Of a DNA stretch of 64,000 nt, positions 48,204 to 56,939 are shown piece after piece. The notes under the pieces are model-generated. The model had not been told where the DNA came from. It saw only the letters and a list, made by a program, of their open reading frames with translations, and made no database searches. Both the position numbers and the translations under genes were made by a program. Source of the stretch: Elusimicrobiota bacterium (GTDB lineage: Bacteria; Elusimicrobiota; Elusimicrobia; UBA1565); the NCBI GenBank assembly GCA_043827405.1, contig JBDRPD010000012.1, positions 1 to 64,000 of the forward strand. Reading direction: 5' to 3'. Position 1 is the first letter of the stretch. Every line of letters begins with the position of its first letter.

Positions 48204-49142
48204 ATGGCCGATAAAGAAGAACCGGAATTCGGCGAATCGCTGACGCGGAAATCGCTGCGCAAGTTCCGACGCGACAAGTTCGGTCTGGCCGGGCTGGCCA
48301 TGGTGCTCCTCTACGCCCTGATCGCGCTCGGAGTCAAGTTCGGCGGCTTCTGCACTTTGGACACCTGCACCACCGTGGTCGGCCCCCAGCACGTGCAGCC
48401 CGGCCAGGTCTATGAGTGGCCGGCCGAGGAGTTCGACGATCCCGCGATCACGCCGGTCATGGTCGAGCGGCGCTCGATCTTCGGCACCGACATCCAGGGC
48501 TATGACGTCTTCTGCCGCCTGATCTACAGCGTCAAGCAGGCCTTCGCCATCGGCATTCTGGTGTCTTTTTTCTCGGTCATGATCGGAGTGACTTTGGGTT
48601 CGCTGGCCGGCTTCTTCCCGGGGCCGCTCGACGATATCCTGCTGTGGCTTTATACCTCGATCTGCTCGGTGCCCTTCATCCTGTGGATCATCTCGATCTC
48701 CTACGCCTTCGGCAAAGGATTCGGGGGCGTGGTGATCGCCTTATCGTGTACGTTCTGGGTGGGGTCATTCTTTACCACCCGGGCCGAGGTGCGCAAGCTC
48801 CGCGAGATGGAATACGTGCTGGCCTCGCGTTCTTTCGGCATGCCGCGGCGGCGCATAATCTTCAACGACATCATCCCCAACCTGACGCACCTGATCTTCA
48901 TCTTCATGTCTTTGAACTTCGTCGCCGCCATCAAGAACGAGGTCATCCTGTCGTTTCTGGGACTCGGCATAGCCGGTGAGCCCTCATGGGGGCTGATGAT
49001 CTCCAATGCCCGGCTCGATCTGCTGGCCGGAAAATGGTGGGAGGTGACGGGAGCCACCATCCTGCTGTTTATCCTGGTGATGGCCTTCAACCTTTTCACC
49101 GACGCCCTGCAGGACGCCTTCGATCCGAAGAAGGTGGGGTAA
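48204..49142 (+). CDS. ABC permease (OppC-like)
   Basis: FGTDIQGYD, EYVLASRSFG, LSFLGLG..PSWG and DALQDAFDPK. Confidence 0.92.
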   Translation: MADKEEPEFGESLTRKSLRKFRRDKFGLAGLAMVLLYALIALGVKFGGFCTLDTCTTVVGPQHVQPGQVYEWPAEEFDDPAITPVMVERRSIFGTDIQGYDVFCRLIYSVKQAFAIGILVSFFSVMIGVTLGSLAGFFPGPLDDILLWLYTSICSVPFILWIISISYAFGKGFGGVVIALSCTFWVGSFFTTRAEVRKLREMEYVLASRSFGMPRRRIIFNDIIPNLTHLIFIFMSLNFVAAIKNEVILSFLGLGIAGEPSWGLMISNARLDLLAGKWWEVTGATILLFILVMAFNLFTDALQDAFDPKKVG

Positions 49143-49143
49143 G

Positions 49144-49419
49144 CTACTTCTTGTCGGTCAGGTAGGACCGCAGCTCGGGATAATCCTTCGCCGGCTTCCA
49201 GTCGTCCCGGCTCATTGACTCGTAGGGCGCGATCCTTGACTCCGGTCGAAAGAACGTCAGCTCGGCGAGCCCCGCGGCGTTATAGGGCCCATAGGCCTTC
49301 TTCTTCGTGCGGTGGAATATCCAGTAGAGCTTTCCTTTTTTCATGGCCTTGCGGTCCAGGCGCCCCGCCTCGCGCAGAATATGCGGCAGGATCGAATTGA
49401 GCACTTTCTTGTCGACCAC
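49144..49419 (-). CDS. Small GYF_2 (DUF4339)-like domain protein
   Basis: YWI...YGPY...L...W.PA..YPEL pattern. The start could instead be ATG at 49344. Confidence 0.55.
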   Translation of the reverse strand: MVDKKVLNSILPHILREAGRLDRKAMKKGKLYWIFHRTKKKAYGPYNAAGLAELTFFRPESRIAPYESMSRDDWKPAKDYPELRSYLTDKK

Positions 49420-50033
49420 GCAGTTAATTTACACAAGCCGACCGGCCGCGTCAACTGCGCACCTCATCCTCATAGCGATAGTAGCCTGACATAAGGTCGT
49501 ACTGGAGTCCCCTTGCGGGTTTTTGCCCCGCACTATACGCGCTTCGATCTGTCCTACGGGATCGTGTCTGAACTGGGCCCGGGCCCAGTTGATTTTGCCG
49601 GAATTATCAAAACTTTTTTCGCAAAATTTTCAACGGTGCGAAGTACTCGCACTGCATGCGGAAATCCCGACGTCAGCCACGCCGACGCCGCAACGTTCGG
49701 CTTCGCGATAAGGACTTCATATTCGCGCTTTGAGCGCGAGTCTACGTCCTAACGACAGGCAATACGCCCTCTGGATCGACGGCAGCGGGACAAAAGAGCG
49801 CCGCCGCACCCTGGCAGGTGGCGGCGGCGGGGACGATTCACGGAGGGGTGGAATCGGCCGCTGAACTCTAATAGCTTAACCGGGAAACTCCGCCGTCCCA
49901 GTGCCCTACGTCCCATCACGCGAGGGCATTGGACCCGCGCCGGAAATAGGCCGAAATCCCTACCACACCTTTCGCAAAAAGCCTAAATTTGTATGATCTT
50001 TGTGTCGTAAAAAGCTATCCCAAGGAGCAAGGC

Positions 50034-51815
50034 ATGGTCCGCAAGCACTGGCTGATCCCCGCGGTTATTTCGATATTTCTCATCGCCTGCAGCAAGACCG
50101 ACGATCAGGGCCGCAAGATCATCAAGTCCAAGGACAAGTCCACCTATGTCCATGCCACCATCTCCGACATCGACAGCCTCGATCCCGCCTGGTCCTACGA
50201 CACGGCGAGCCACGCCATCATCGCCAACATCTACGAGTTCCTCTTTAACTACAAAGGAGAGAGCATCTCCGAGCTCGAGCCCGTGATCTCTGAAAAGATC
50301 CCGTCGCGCGAGAACGGACTCATCTCCGAAGACGGGCAGACCTATACCTTCCCGATCCGCAAAGGCGTCAAGTTCCACCTCGGCGGCGAAGTCACGCCCG
50401 ACGACGTGCGCTACTCGCTGATGCGCTTTATGCTCTACGACCGCGCCGGCGGCCCGTCCGAGCTGCTGCTCCAGCCGCTCACCGGCCTGGCCAGCACCCG
50501 AGACAGCAAGGGAGCGATCATCCGCGACGCCTACGACAAGGTCGCCGACGCGGTACAGGTGCGGGGCCAAGATGTCGTCATCCGGCTGCACAAGCCGTTC
50601 TCGCCGATCCTGATGGTCCTGGCAGGCTGGGCGCCGATCGTGGACAAGGAATGGGTCGTCGAGCATGGCGGCTGGGACGGGCGCAAGGTCACCTGGGAAA
50701 AGTTCAACGATCCCAACAAGATCGACTCCTACCTCTATGACCACGAGAACGGCACCGGGCCTTTCATGCTGGAGCGCTGGGACAAGCGCGGCAAGGAGAT
50801 TATGCTGACGCGCTTCGACGAATACTGGCTGGGCAAAGCCAAGCTCAAGACCGCCAAGTTTAAGGGCATCGACGAGTTCCAGACCCGCAAGCTGATGCTG
50901 GCGGCGGGCGACGCGGACTCGATCGTGGCCGACTACATCCATCAGCCGCTGCTGCGCAACATCGACGGGGTGGAGATCATCGACGACCTGCCGCGCATCG
51001 ACATGAGCCCCGCCATGTTCTTCGTCTTCAAGATCAACACCCAGGGCAATCCCTACGTCGGCTCCGGCAAGCTCGACGGCCGCGGCATCCCGGCGGACTT
51101 CTTTAACGACAAAAATCTGCGTCTGGGCGTCGCCCACTCATTCGACTACGAGGGCTTCATTCGCGACGTCAACCGCGGCAAAGGCGAGCGCGCCACCAGC
51201 TTCATCCCCAAGGGGCTCCTCGGCCACAACCCTGATCAGCCCGTCTACCCCTACGATCTGGAAAAGGCCGAAGAATACTTCAAGAAAGCCTGGGGGGGGG
51301 AGGTGTGGAAGAACGGCTTCAAGTTCACGCTGGCCTACAACCAAGGCAACCAGTCGCGCCAGGTCATGGCCACCATGCTCAAACGGGCGGTGGAGACGCT
51401 GAACCCGAAGTTCAAGATCGACACCCAGGTGCTGCAGTGGTCGACCTACCTCGACAGCAAGAACAAATCAAAGCTTCCGATGTTCATCCTCGGCTGGGCG
51501 CCGGACTATCCGGACCCGCACAACTTCGCCTTCCCCTACATGCACTCGCAGGGCAACTACCCGCGCCTGCAGGGCTACAAAAACCCGAAGGCGGACGAGC
51601 TGGTGACGGCGGCGATGACCGAGATCGACCCGGCCAAGCGCGAGGCGATGTACCATGAGCTGCAGAAGATCGCTCACGAAGACATCACGACGATCTTCGT
51701 GCTCACTACGGTGCGCTTCCGCACGCAGCGGACCTGGGTAAAGGGATTCACCTATAATCCGATCTACCCGGATTCGCCGTACAACTGCCCGCTCTATTAC
51801 CTGAGCAAGAACTAG
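50034..51815 (+). CDS. ABC substrate-binding lipoprotein, family 5 (OppA/DppA-like)
   Basis: ATG at 50034 after AGGAG, lipobox LIAC, SLDPA, GTGPF and WAPDYPDP. Confidence 0.92.
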   Translation: MVRKHWLIPAVISIFLIACSKTDDQGRKIIKSKDKSTYVHATISDIDSLDPAWSYDTASHAIIANIYEFLFNYKGESISELEPVISEKIPSRENGLISEDGQTYTFPIRKGVKFHLGGEVTPDDVRYSLMRFMLYDRAGGPSELLLQPLTGLASTRDSKGAIIRDAYDKVADAVQVRGQDVVIRLHKPFSPILMVLAGWAPIVDKEWVVEHGGWDGRKVTWEKFNDPNKIDSYLYDHENGTGPFMLERWDKRGKEIMLTRFDEYWLGKAKLKTAKFKGIDEFQTRKLMLAAGDADSIVADYIHQPLLRNIDGVEIIDDLPRIDMSPAMFFVFKINTQGNPYVGSGKLDGRGIPADFFNDKNLRLGVAHSFDYEGFIRDVNRGKGERATSFIPKGLLGHNPDQPVYPYDLEKAEEYFKKAWGGEVWKNGFKFTLAYNQGNQSRQVMATMLKRAVETLNPKFKIDTQVLQWSTYLDSKNKSKLPMFILGWAPDYPDPHNFAFPYMHSQGNYPRLQGYKNPKADELVTAAMTEIDPAKREAMYHELQKIAHEDITTIFVLTTVRFRTQRTWVKGFTYNPIYPDSPYNCPLYYLSKN

Positions 51816-51822
51816 GAAGGGG

Positions 51823-52848
51823 ATGGCCAAGTTCGTCCTCCGCCGACTGATGTTCCTGCCCGCCGTCCTCTTCGGCGTGACCTTGCTGCTGTTCGGCCTG
51901 TTCCACACCTTGTCGCCCGAGATGCGGGCCTCGCTCTACATCAAGGACCCGCGGCAGCTCGACGACATCGACCGGGTGATCCAGAAGTACGGCCTCAAGG
52001 ACTCGTTCCATAAGCAGTATGGACGCTGGATCAAGAACGTGACGCGGGGGGACCTCGGCTATTCGGAAACCGCGAAGATGCCGGTAACCCAGGCGATCCG
52101 GCAGTTCTTTCCGGCGACGATCGAGCTCGCGGTCTCCGCCTTCATCCCCATCATGATTATCGGCATCTGGCTGGGAACGGTATCCGCCGTACGGCGGGAC
52201 CAATGGATCGACCATCTGTCGCGCTTCTTCTCGATCACCGGCTATTCCCTGCCCTCGTTCGTCCTCGGCCTGATCCTGCTGATGCTGTTCTACGGGCTGT
52301 TCCCCTTATTCCCGCCCGAACGCTATTCTATGGCGAGCGATCCGATCATCCATAGCCCGGGCTTTCGCGAGCTGACGGGGATGCTGCTGATCGACTCGCT
52401 GCTCAATCTCAAGTTCTCCGTCTTCTTCGACGCCATGCGCCACCTCGTCCTGCCGGCGACGACACTGACCTACATCTCGATGGCTCTCATTGTCCGCATC
52501 ACGCGCTCCTCCATGCTCGAGGAGCTTTCCAAGGACTATGTGCGCACCGCTCGCTCCAAAGGGCTGGCCGAGTCGGTCATCATCCGCAAGCACGCGCGGC
52601 GCAACGCCTGGATTCCCGTCATCACCATCTCCTCGATCCTGTTTGTCGGGCTGCTGCGCGGGGTCATCATCACCGAGACCGTATTCGCTTTCCCCGGCGT
52701 CGGGCGCTGGGTCGCCCAAGCGGCGCTGCAGCTGGACATCCCCGGCGTCATGGGAGTGGCGCTGCTCACCTCGACCCTGTTTGTGCTGGGCAACCTCGCC
52801 GCCGACGTGCTCTATGCCGTCGCCGACCCCCGGATACGCTTCAAATGA
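51823..52848 (+). CDS. ABC permease (OppB/DppB-like)
   Basis: GDLGYS, PATIEL, DYVRTARSKGL and ADPRIR. Confidence 0.93.
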   Translation: MAKFVLRRLMFLPAVLFGVTLLLFGLFHTLSPEMRASLYIKDPRQLDDIDRVIQKYGLKDSFHKQYGRWIKNVTRGDLGYSETAKMPVTQAIRQFFPATIELAVSAFIPIMIIGIWLGTVSAVRRDQWIDHLSRFFSITGYSLPSFVLGLILLMLFYGLFPLFPPERYSMASDPIIHSPGFRELTGMLLIDSLLNLKFSVFFDAMRHLVLPATTLTYISMALIVRITRSSMLEELSKDYVRTARSKGLAESVIIRKHARRNAWIPVITISSILFVGLLRGVIITETVFAFPGVGRWVAQAALQLDIPGVMGVALLTSTLFVLGNLAADVLYAVADPRIRFK

Positions 52849-52891
52849 CGGTGCCAGGTGTTAACTTTCTCTCCAACACCATGGGTGATCA

Positions 52892-53800
52892 ATGATGAGA
52901 AAGTTAACACCTGGCACCGCGTTTTTTCTCGAGATCTGGAAGCGGCTGCGGGGCAAACCCCTGAGCCTGGTCGGCCTGGGCCTGATCTCCTTTTTCACGC
53001 TGGTCGCGATCGCGGCGCCGCTGCTGGCGCCGCCGGAGAAGAACACGCGCGACGTCTACCTGATCCCGCAGTCGGGCTACAGCCCGGATCCGGTGCGGCC
53101 GTCGCGCGAGCACATCTTCGGGACCACCGAGCAGCAGTACGACCTATACTACGGCATCGTCTGGGGCACCCGCACGGCCTTCAAGGTCGGCGTGGCCGTC
53201 GTCGCGATTTCCCTGACGGCGGGGATTCTGCTCGGCGGCATCGCCGGCTTCTACGGCGGCTGGGTCGACGAGATACTTATGCGGCTGACCGACATCGTCA
53301 TGGCCGTACCGGGGATCGTGCTGGCGGTGGTAATCGTCACGGTGGCGGGGCCGGGGCTGATGAACGTGCTGTTCGCCATCGCCGCCGTCTCCTGGCCGGC
53401 GTATGCCCGCCTGGTCCGCGGCGATGTTCTCTCGGTCAAGGAGCGCGAGTTCGTCCTGGCGGCGCGCGCGCTGGGCGCCACCGACTCCCGGATTCTGTTC
53501 CGCCATATCCTGCCCAACTCGATTTACCCGGTCCTTGTCGTCGCCTCGCTGGACATCGGCGCCGTCGTGATCACGGCGGCGGCCCTCAGCTTCCTCGGGC
53601 TCGGCGCGCCGATCGGCTACGCCGACTGGGGACAGCTAATCTCGCTTTCCCGCAACTGGATTCTCGGCTCCGCCGGCAACCCGCTCGCCTACTGGCATAC
53701 GGTCGTCCTTCCCGGCGGCTCGATCTTCCTATTCGTGCTCGGCTGGAACTTTCTCGGAGACGCCTTCCGCGACATCCTCGACCCGAGGCAGAAAACATGA
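52892..53800 (+). CDS. ABC permease (OppC/DppC-like)
   Basis: HIFGT, EFVLAARALGA, RHILPN, LSFLGLG and GDAFRDILDPR. Confidence 0.93.
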   Translation: MMRKLTPGTAFFLEIWKRLRGKPLSLVGLGLISFFTLVAIAAPLLAPPEKNTRDVYLIPQSGYSPDPVRPSREHIFGTTEQQYDLYYGIVWGTRTAFKVGVAVVAISLTAGILLGGIAGFYGGWVDEILMRLTDIVMAVPGIVLAVVIVTVAGPGLMNVLFAIAAVSWPAYARLVRGDVLSVKEREFVLAARALGATDSRILFRHILPNSIYPVLVVASLDIGAVVITAAALSFLGLGAPIGYADWGQLISLSRNWILGSAGNPLAYWHTVVLPGGSIFLFVLGWNFLGDAFRDILDPRQKT

Positions 53801-55362
53801 CCACGCGAGACACCCTTAACACCCTACTCAGCGCCTCCGCATCGAAGTACCCTAAACGCACCGCGCTCGTACTCGTTAATGATAACGGCGAAGAGACGGT
53901 CCTGACCTACCGGGACCTGCAGCGCAAGGTGCGCCAAGCCGCCGCCGCCTTCCAATCGCGCGGGATCAAAAAAGGCGATACGGTCGCGATCATCCACCGC
54001 AACGACCCCGCCTTCGTCGTCGCGTATTTCGGCCTCGCGCGGCTGGGGGCCGTCGCCGTGCCGATCAACTACATGGTCAAAAAGGCGGCAGAGCTGCGCT
54101 TCATGCTCGAGCACTGCGAGGCCAAGGGAGTGCTTACCCAGCAGGAGTTTCTGCGCGGCATCATGGAGGCGAAAAAGGATCTCCCCGGACTCCGCGGAGT
54201 ATGGTCCAGCGACGGCGGCGAGCAGACCGAGGACTTCTGGGAGTTTATCGCCGCCCAGAAGCCGCTGGAAGCCGGCGAAGGCGTGCTTCCCGAGGACGTG
54301 GCCGCCGTGCTGTATACGTCGGGGACCACCGGCGTGCCTAAAGGCGTCATGCTGACCCATGCCAACCTGGTCTCCAATGCCGACGCCTCGATAACCGCGA
54401 TGCGCCTGCGCGAGAACGAGGTCGCGCTGACGGTCCTGCCGATGTTCCATACCTTCGCCTGGACCGCCTGCGTCCTCATTCCCCTCCGGCTCGGCGTCAA
54501 GAACGTGGTCATCCCGTCGCTCACTCCGCCCAAGCCCTGGCTGAAAGCCATGGGCCGCCACCGCGTCACGATCTTTGCCGCCGTGCCGCAGCTCTACGCC
54601 GTGCTCGCAAGACAGGCCTGCGGACTCAAAGGGCTGCTGCTCAAGTACTGGTTTTTCCGCAAGGTGCGCATCGCGGTATCGGGCGCGGCGCCGCTGTCGA
54701 AGCAGACGCTCGAGGAGTTTCGCGCCGGCTTCGGCATGAGCATCATCGAAGGCTACGGCCTGACCGAGACCTCGCCGGTCGCGACCATCAACCCGCTCGA
54801 GGATCCGCGCGCGGAGAGCGTCGGGCTTCCCATCGACGGAGTGCAGGTGCGCATCGTCGACGAAGGGGGGAAGACCCTGCCGGAAGGCGGTGAAGGGGAA
54901 ATCCAGATCCGCGGCAGCAATATCATGAAGGGCTACCTGAAGAACCCCGAAGCGACCCGCGAAGCGATCGACGCCGACGGCTGGTTCAAAACCGGCGACG
55001 TGGGAGCGCTCGAGCAAGGCTACCTCTACATCCGCGACCGCATCAAGGACATGATCATCGTAAAGGGCCTCAAGGTCTTCTCGGCGCAGGTCGAGGCCGT
55101 CATGCTGCGCCACCCCGATGTCCAGGAGGCCGCGGTCATCGGCATCCCGGGCGATTCCGGCGACGAGACCATCAAGGGCTACGTCGTACTGCGCGCCGGC
55201 GCCGCCGCCGGCAAATCCGAGATTCTGAGCTTCTGCCGCGAGAACCTCGACCCCTACAAGCGCCCGCGCGACATCGACATTCTCGACGAACTGCCCAAGA
55301 ACGCCCTGCAGAAAACCCTCAAGCGGGTCCTGCGCGAACAAGAGAAAGCAAAAAAGACCTGA
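53797..55362 (+). CDS. Long-chain fatty acid-CoA ligase (AMP-binding enzyme)
   Basis: ATG at 53797 (ATGA overlap). YTSGTTGVPKG, EGYGLTE, TGDVG and DRIKDMI. Confidence 0.92.
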   Translation: MTTRDTLNTLLSASASKYPKRTALVLVNDNGEETVLTYRDLQRKVRQAAAAFQSRGIKKGDTVAIIHRNDPAFVVAYFGLARLGAVAVPINYMVKKAAELRFMLEHCEAKGVLTQQEFLRGIMEAKKDLPGLRGVWSSDGGEQTEDFWEFIAAQKPLEAGEGVLPEDVAAVLYTSGTTGVPKGVMLTHANLVSNADASITAMRLRENEVALTVLPMFHTFAWTACVLIPLRLGVKNVVIPSLTPPKPWLKAMGRHRVTIFAAVPQLYAVLARQACGLKGLLLKYWFFRKVRIAVSGAAPLSKQTLEEFRAGFGMSIIEGYGLTETSPVATINPLEDPRAESVGLPIDGVQVRIVDEGGKTLPEGGEGEIQIRGSNIMKGYLKNPEATREAIDADGWFKTGDVGALEQGYLYIRDRIKDMIIVKGLKVFSAQVEAVMLRHPDVQEAAVIGIPGDSGDETIKGYVVLRAGAAAGKSEILSFCRENLDPYKRPRDIDILDELPKNALQKTLKRVLREQEKAKKT

Positions 55363-56867
55363 TGCTGGATACGCTGCGCACCCACCCTGTTATCCGCCTG
55401 ATCGAAGAAGAAGCCGGCCGGCTCGGACGGCCGGTTTACATGGTCGGCGGTCTGCTGCGGGACGCGCTGCTGCGGACGCCCGACAAGAAACCGTTCGATT
55501 TCGACATCGCCGTAGACGGCCCCGCCAAACGGTTCGCCGGCAGCCTCGCCAAGCGCCTCGGCGCGACGAGCTTCGTTCTCCACGAGGCGACCCAAATCCA
55601 CCGCATCGCCCTCAAGGCCAAGGGCGCCTTGGCGGCGCAGATCGACGTGGCGGCGCTGCAAGGACGCACCATTGAAGAAGATCTCGGGCGCCGGGATTTT
55701 ACGCTCAACGCCATCGCCTGCCGGCTGCCGCTGGCCTCCGGCGGGCTGATCGACCCGCATAACGGCCGCCGCGACCTGCAGCAAAAAATCCTGCGCGCGA
55801 CCAGCCCGCAGGTCTTCCCCGATGACTCGATCCGGATGCTGCGCGCCTTCCGCATCGCCGCGGCGCTCGGACTGACGATCGACCAGCCCACTCTCGCCGC
55901 GATCAAGAAGCACCGCGCCGGAATCAGCCGCTGCGCCGGCGAAAGAATCCACATGGAGCTCATGGGCGTCCTGTCGGCGCCCGACGCCGCCGTCTGGATC
56001 GCGCGCATGGATGAAACGCGCCTGCTGACGGCGGTATTTCCCGAACTCGAGGCCGCGCGCACCTGCGCCAAGGTCTACTACGGGGCGGGCGGAGTGCTTA
56101 AGCATACGCTCGAAGTGATGGCGCGCATGGATTTTCTCCTGTCCCACCTCGACGAGGTCTTCCCCGATCTGGCCGCGCCCATCCGCGCGCAGACCGCGAC
56201 GCTTTTCGACGACGGCCGGCGTCACGGCGCCCTGCTGCGCCTGGCGGCGCTGGTGCATGACGTCGCCAAGCCGGAATGCGCCGAGCAAATCGAGGGGCGG
56301 CTGCGCTTCTTCGAGCACGAGGCGCGCGGCGCCCAAAGAGCCGACGGCATCCTGCGGCGCCTGCGCTTTTCCGCCAAAGAGCGCGAGATGACGCTCGCCC
56401 TCATCCGTCACCATCTGCGGCCGGGCAACCTGGCGGCCAACCAGGCCATATCGGACAAGGCGGTGTTCCGCTTTTTCCGCGACCTGGGCGACTTCGGGGT
56501 CAGCCTGCTGCTGCTGTGCTGGGCGGATCATGCCAGCTACCTGGACGCCGCGACCCTCAAAAAGAACCTCGCCCGGGCGCGCAAGCCCCCGCGGGCGAAT
56601 GCCGCGCGGGGCCGCTTGTCGGCGGATGCGCAGAAAACGATCTATCACCTCCAGGTCGTCACCTACCTGCTGGACCGTTTCATCACCCGCCCGGACGTGA
56701 CCCGTCCCAAGCGCCTGCTCTCGGGCAAAGACATCATGCGGCATTTCAAGCTCGAGGAAGGCCCCAAAGTCGGGGAAATACTCAAAGCTCTCGACGAGGC
56801 CCAGGCCGAGGGTCGCGTGCGCAGCCGCGCCGAAGCCTTGCGCTTCGTGCGCTTCAACTTCCTTTAG
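55362..56867 (+). CDS. Class II tRNA nucleotidyltransferase with HD domain (probably CC-adding type)
   Basis: VGGLLRD, DFD, RRDFTLNA, DDSIRMLR and HDVAKP. Confidence 0.88.
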   Translation: MLDTLRTHPVIRLIEEEAGRLGRPVYMVGGLLRDALLRTPDKKPFDFDIAVDGPAKRFAGSLAKRLGATSFVLHEATQIHRIALKAKGALAAQIDVAALQGRTIEEDLGRRDFTLNAIACRLPLASGGLIDPHNGRRDLQQKILRATSPQVFPDDSIRMLRAFRIAAALGLTIDQPTLAAIKKHRAGISRCAGERIHMELMGVLSAPDAAVWIARMDETRLLTAVFPELEAARTCAKVYYGAGGVLKHTLEVMARMDFLLSHLDEVFPDLAAPIRAQTATLFDDGRRHGALLRLAALVHDVAKPECAEQIEGRLRFFEHEARGAQRADGILRRLRFSAKEREMTLALIRHHLRPGNLAANQAISDKAVFRFFRDLGDFGVSLLLLCWADHASYLDAATLKKNLARARKPPRANAARGRLSADAQKTIYHLQVVTYLLDRFITRPDVTRPKRLLSGKDIMRHFKLEEGPKVGEILKALDEAQAEGRVRSRAEALRFVRFNFL

Positions 56868-56939
56868 GACCCGCCGCGCATTTAACAATACGTTAATGGA
56901 ACAAAGGGCTTTCGGCTGTTATACTGGCGTTGAGGCTTC

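Noticed and set aside
49842..49860. T-box riboswitch (GGGTGGAATCG)
   Set aside because: It deviates from the GGTGGNACC consensus, and I saw no convincing specifier stem or U-tailed terminator.
52858..53796. 313-aa N-terminal extension of the acyl-CoA ligase
   Set aside because: It is an off-frame overlap with the OppC-like gene; the real start is ATG 53797.
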